Under the pieces are notes generated by a model. The model had not been told where the DNA came from and did no database searches. It saw nothing but the letters and a program-made list of their open reading frames with translations. From IMG/VR virus record IMGVR_UViG_3300027513_000011, positions 1 to 64,000 of that record: a stretch of 64,000 nucleotides of DNA. One strand, written 5' to 3'. The stretch comes from a virus. Taxonomy: Duplodnaviria > Heunggongvirae > Uroviricota > Caudoviricetes. Position numbers and translations under genes: made by a program. Below are positions 63,755 through 64,000 of this stretch, in pieces (positions within the stretch are counted from its first letter, which is position 1; every line of letters begins with the position of its first letter).

Positions 63755-63858
63755 GGAATCCCCCTGCCGACTCGTTAGCATCGGTGCATGTTTTCTAAGT
63801 TCGATCGGTGCCGGTGCTGCAACCGCGGGGGTTCGGGCGCGTCCGAGGGGTCGTCGTA

Positions 63859-64000
63859 ATGGTTGACTACATACTCAAAGACCTACAAATCGGCACCCTA
63901 ACGTCGGGAATATCGTCAGGGTCCACCACGCTCGCGTCGGCCAGCTTCGCCGCCATCCCGGTCATCTCTGCTCCGGCTTTCATGTGGATGAGCCTTGACC
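63859..64000 (+). CDS. hypothetical protein, partial (runs off window end)
   Basis: ATG at 63859 open to window end. Confidence 0.3.
   Translation, partial: MVDYILKDLQIGTLTSGISSGSTTLASASFAAIPVISAPAFMWMSLD

Noticed and set aside
1-64000. Integrase, immunity repressor or attP
   Set aside because: No tyrosine/serine recombinase signature or CI-like repressor plus Cro pair was recognised. The HTH (2608..2943) and RHH (44546..44692) proteins are too generic to call an immunity system.

Overview
This window reads as a high-GC (about 60%) actinobacteriophage, siphovirus-like, with at least five transcription blocks. (1) A leftward operon at 1..13028 (genes end-to-end, many ATGA/GTGA overlaps) encodes an FtsH-like AAA+/M41 membrane protease, an SPFH/band-7 membrane protein, a MazG-like pyrophosphohydrolase, a sugar-modification set (GT32-like glycosyltransferase, TylF/CmcI-like O-methyltransferase, FkbM-family methyltransferase fused to a GT-A-like domain), an HTH regulator, a zinc-ribbon protein and a lipoprotein. 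(2) A divergent rightward block at 13119..18216 encodes small proteins, a calcineurin-like phosphoesterase, an HD-like protein and a DPPY DNA methyltransferase. It is followed by a convergent SAM-methyltransferase pair on the minus strand. (3) A rightward packaging/head/lysis block at 19091..37467 encodes small and large terminase, portal, prohead protease/scaffold, an HK97-like major capsid protein, a Stealth-family protein, an amidase_2 endolysin plus holin, three tandem paralogs, a putative major tail protein and a Sec-secreted protein with a Thr/Pro linker. (4) A 12.6-kb leftward island at 37630..50269 separates these from the tape measure gene. It carries three HNH endonucleases, an ERCC4-like nuclease, a Sak4-like ATPase, a YqaJ-like exonuclease, a polynucleotide kinase-phosphatase with an RNA ligase, and a HAD 5'-nucleotidase. 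Embedded in the island are three near-identical plus-strand promoters and a candidate roughly 190-nt ncRNA. (5) A rightward block at 50534..64000 encodes a WhiB-like regulator, a 1447-aa tape measure protein and minor tail proteins, one with eleven 66-bp tandem coding repeats. No tRNA, CRISPR array or integrase was recognised. Coordinates follow the ORF track, but many starts were moved to internal ATGs or coupled starts by hand. Promoter and hairpin coordinates are approximate (plus or minus 2 nt). Every family assignment is by motif recognition only, with no database search.
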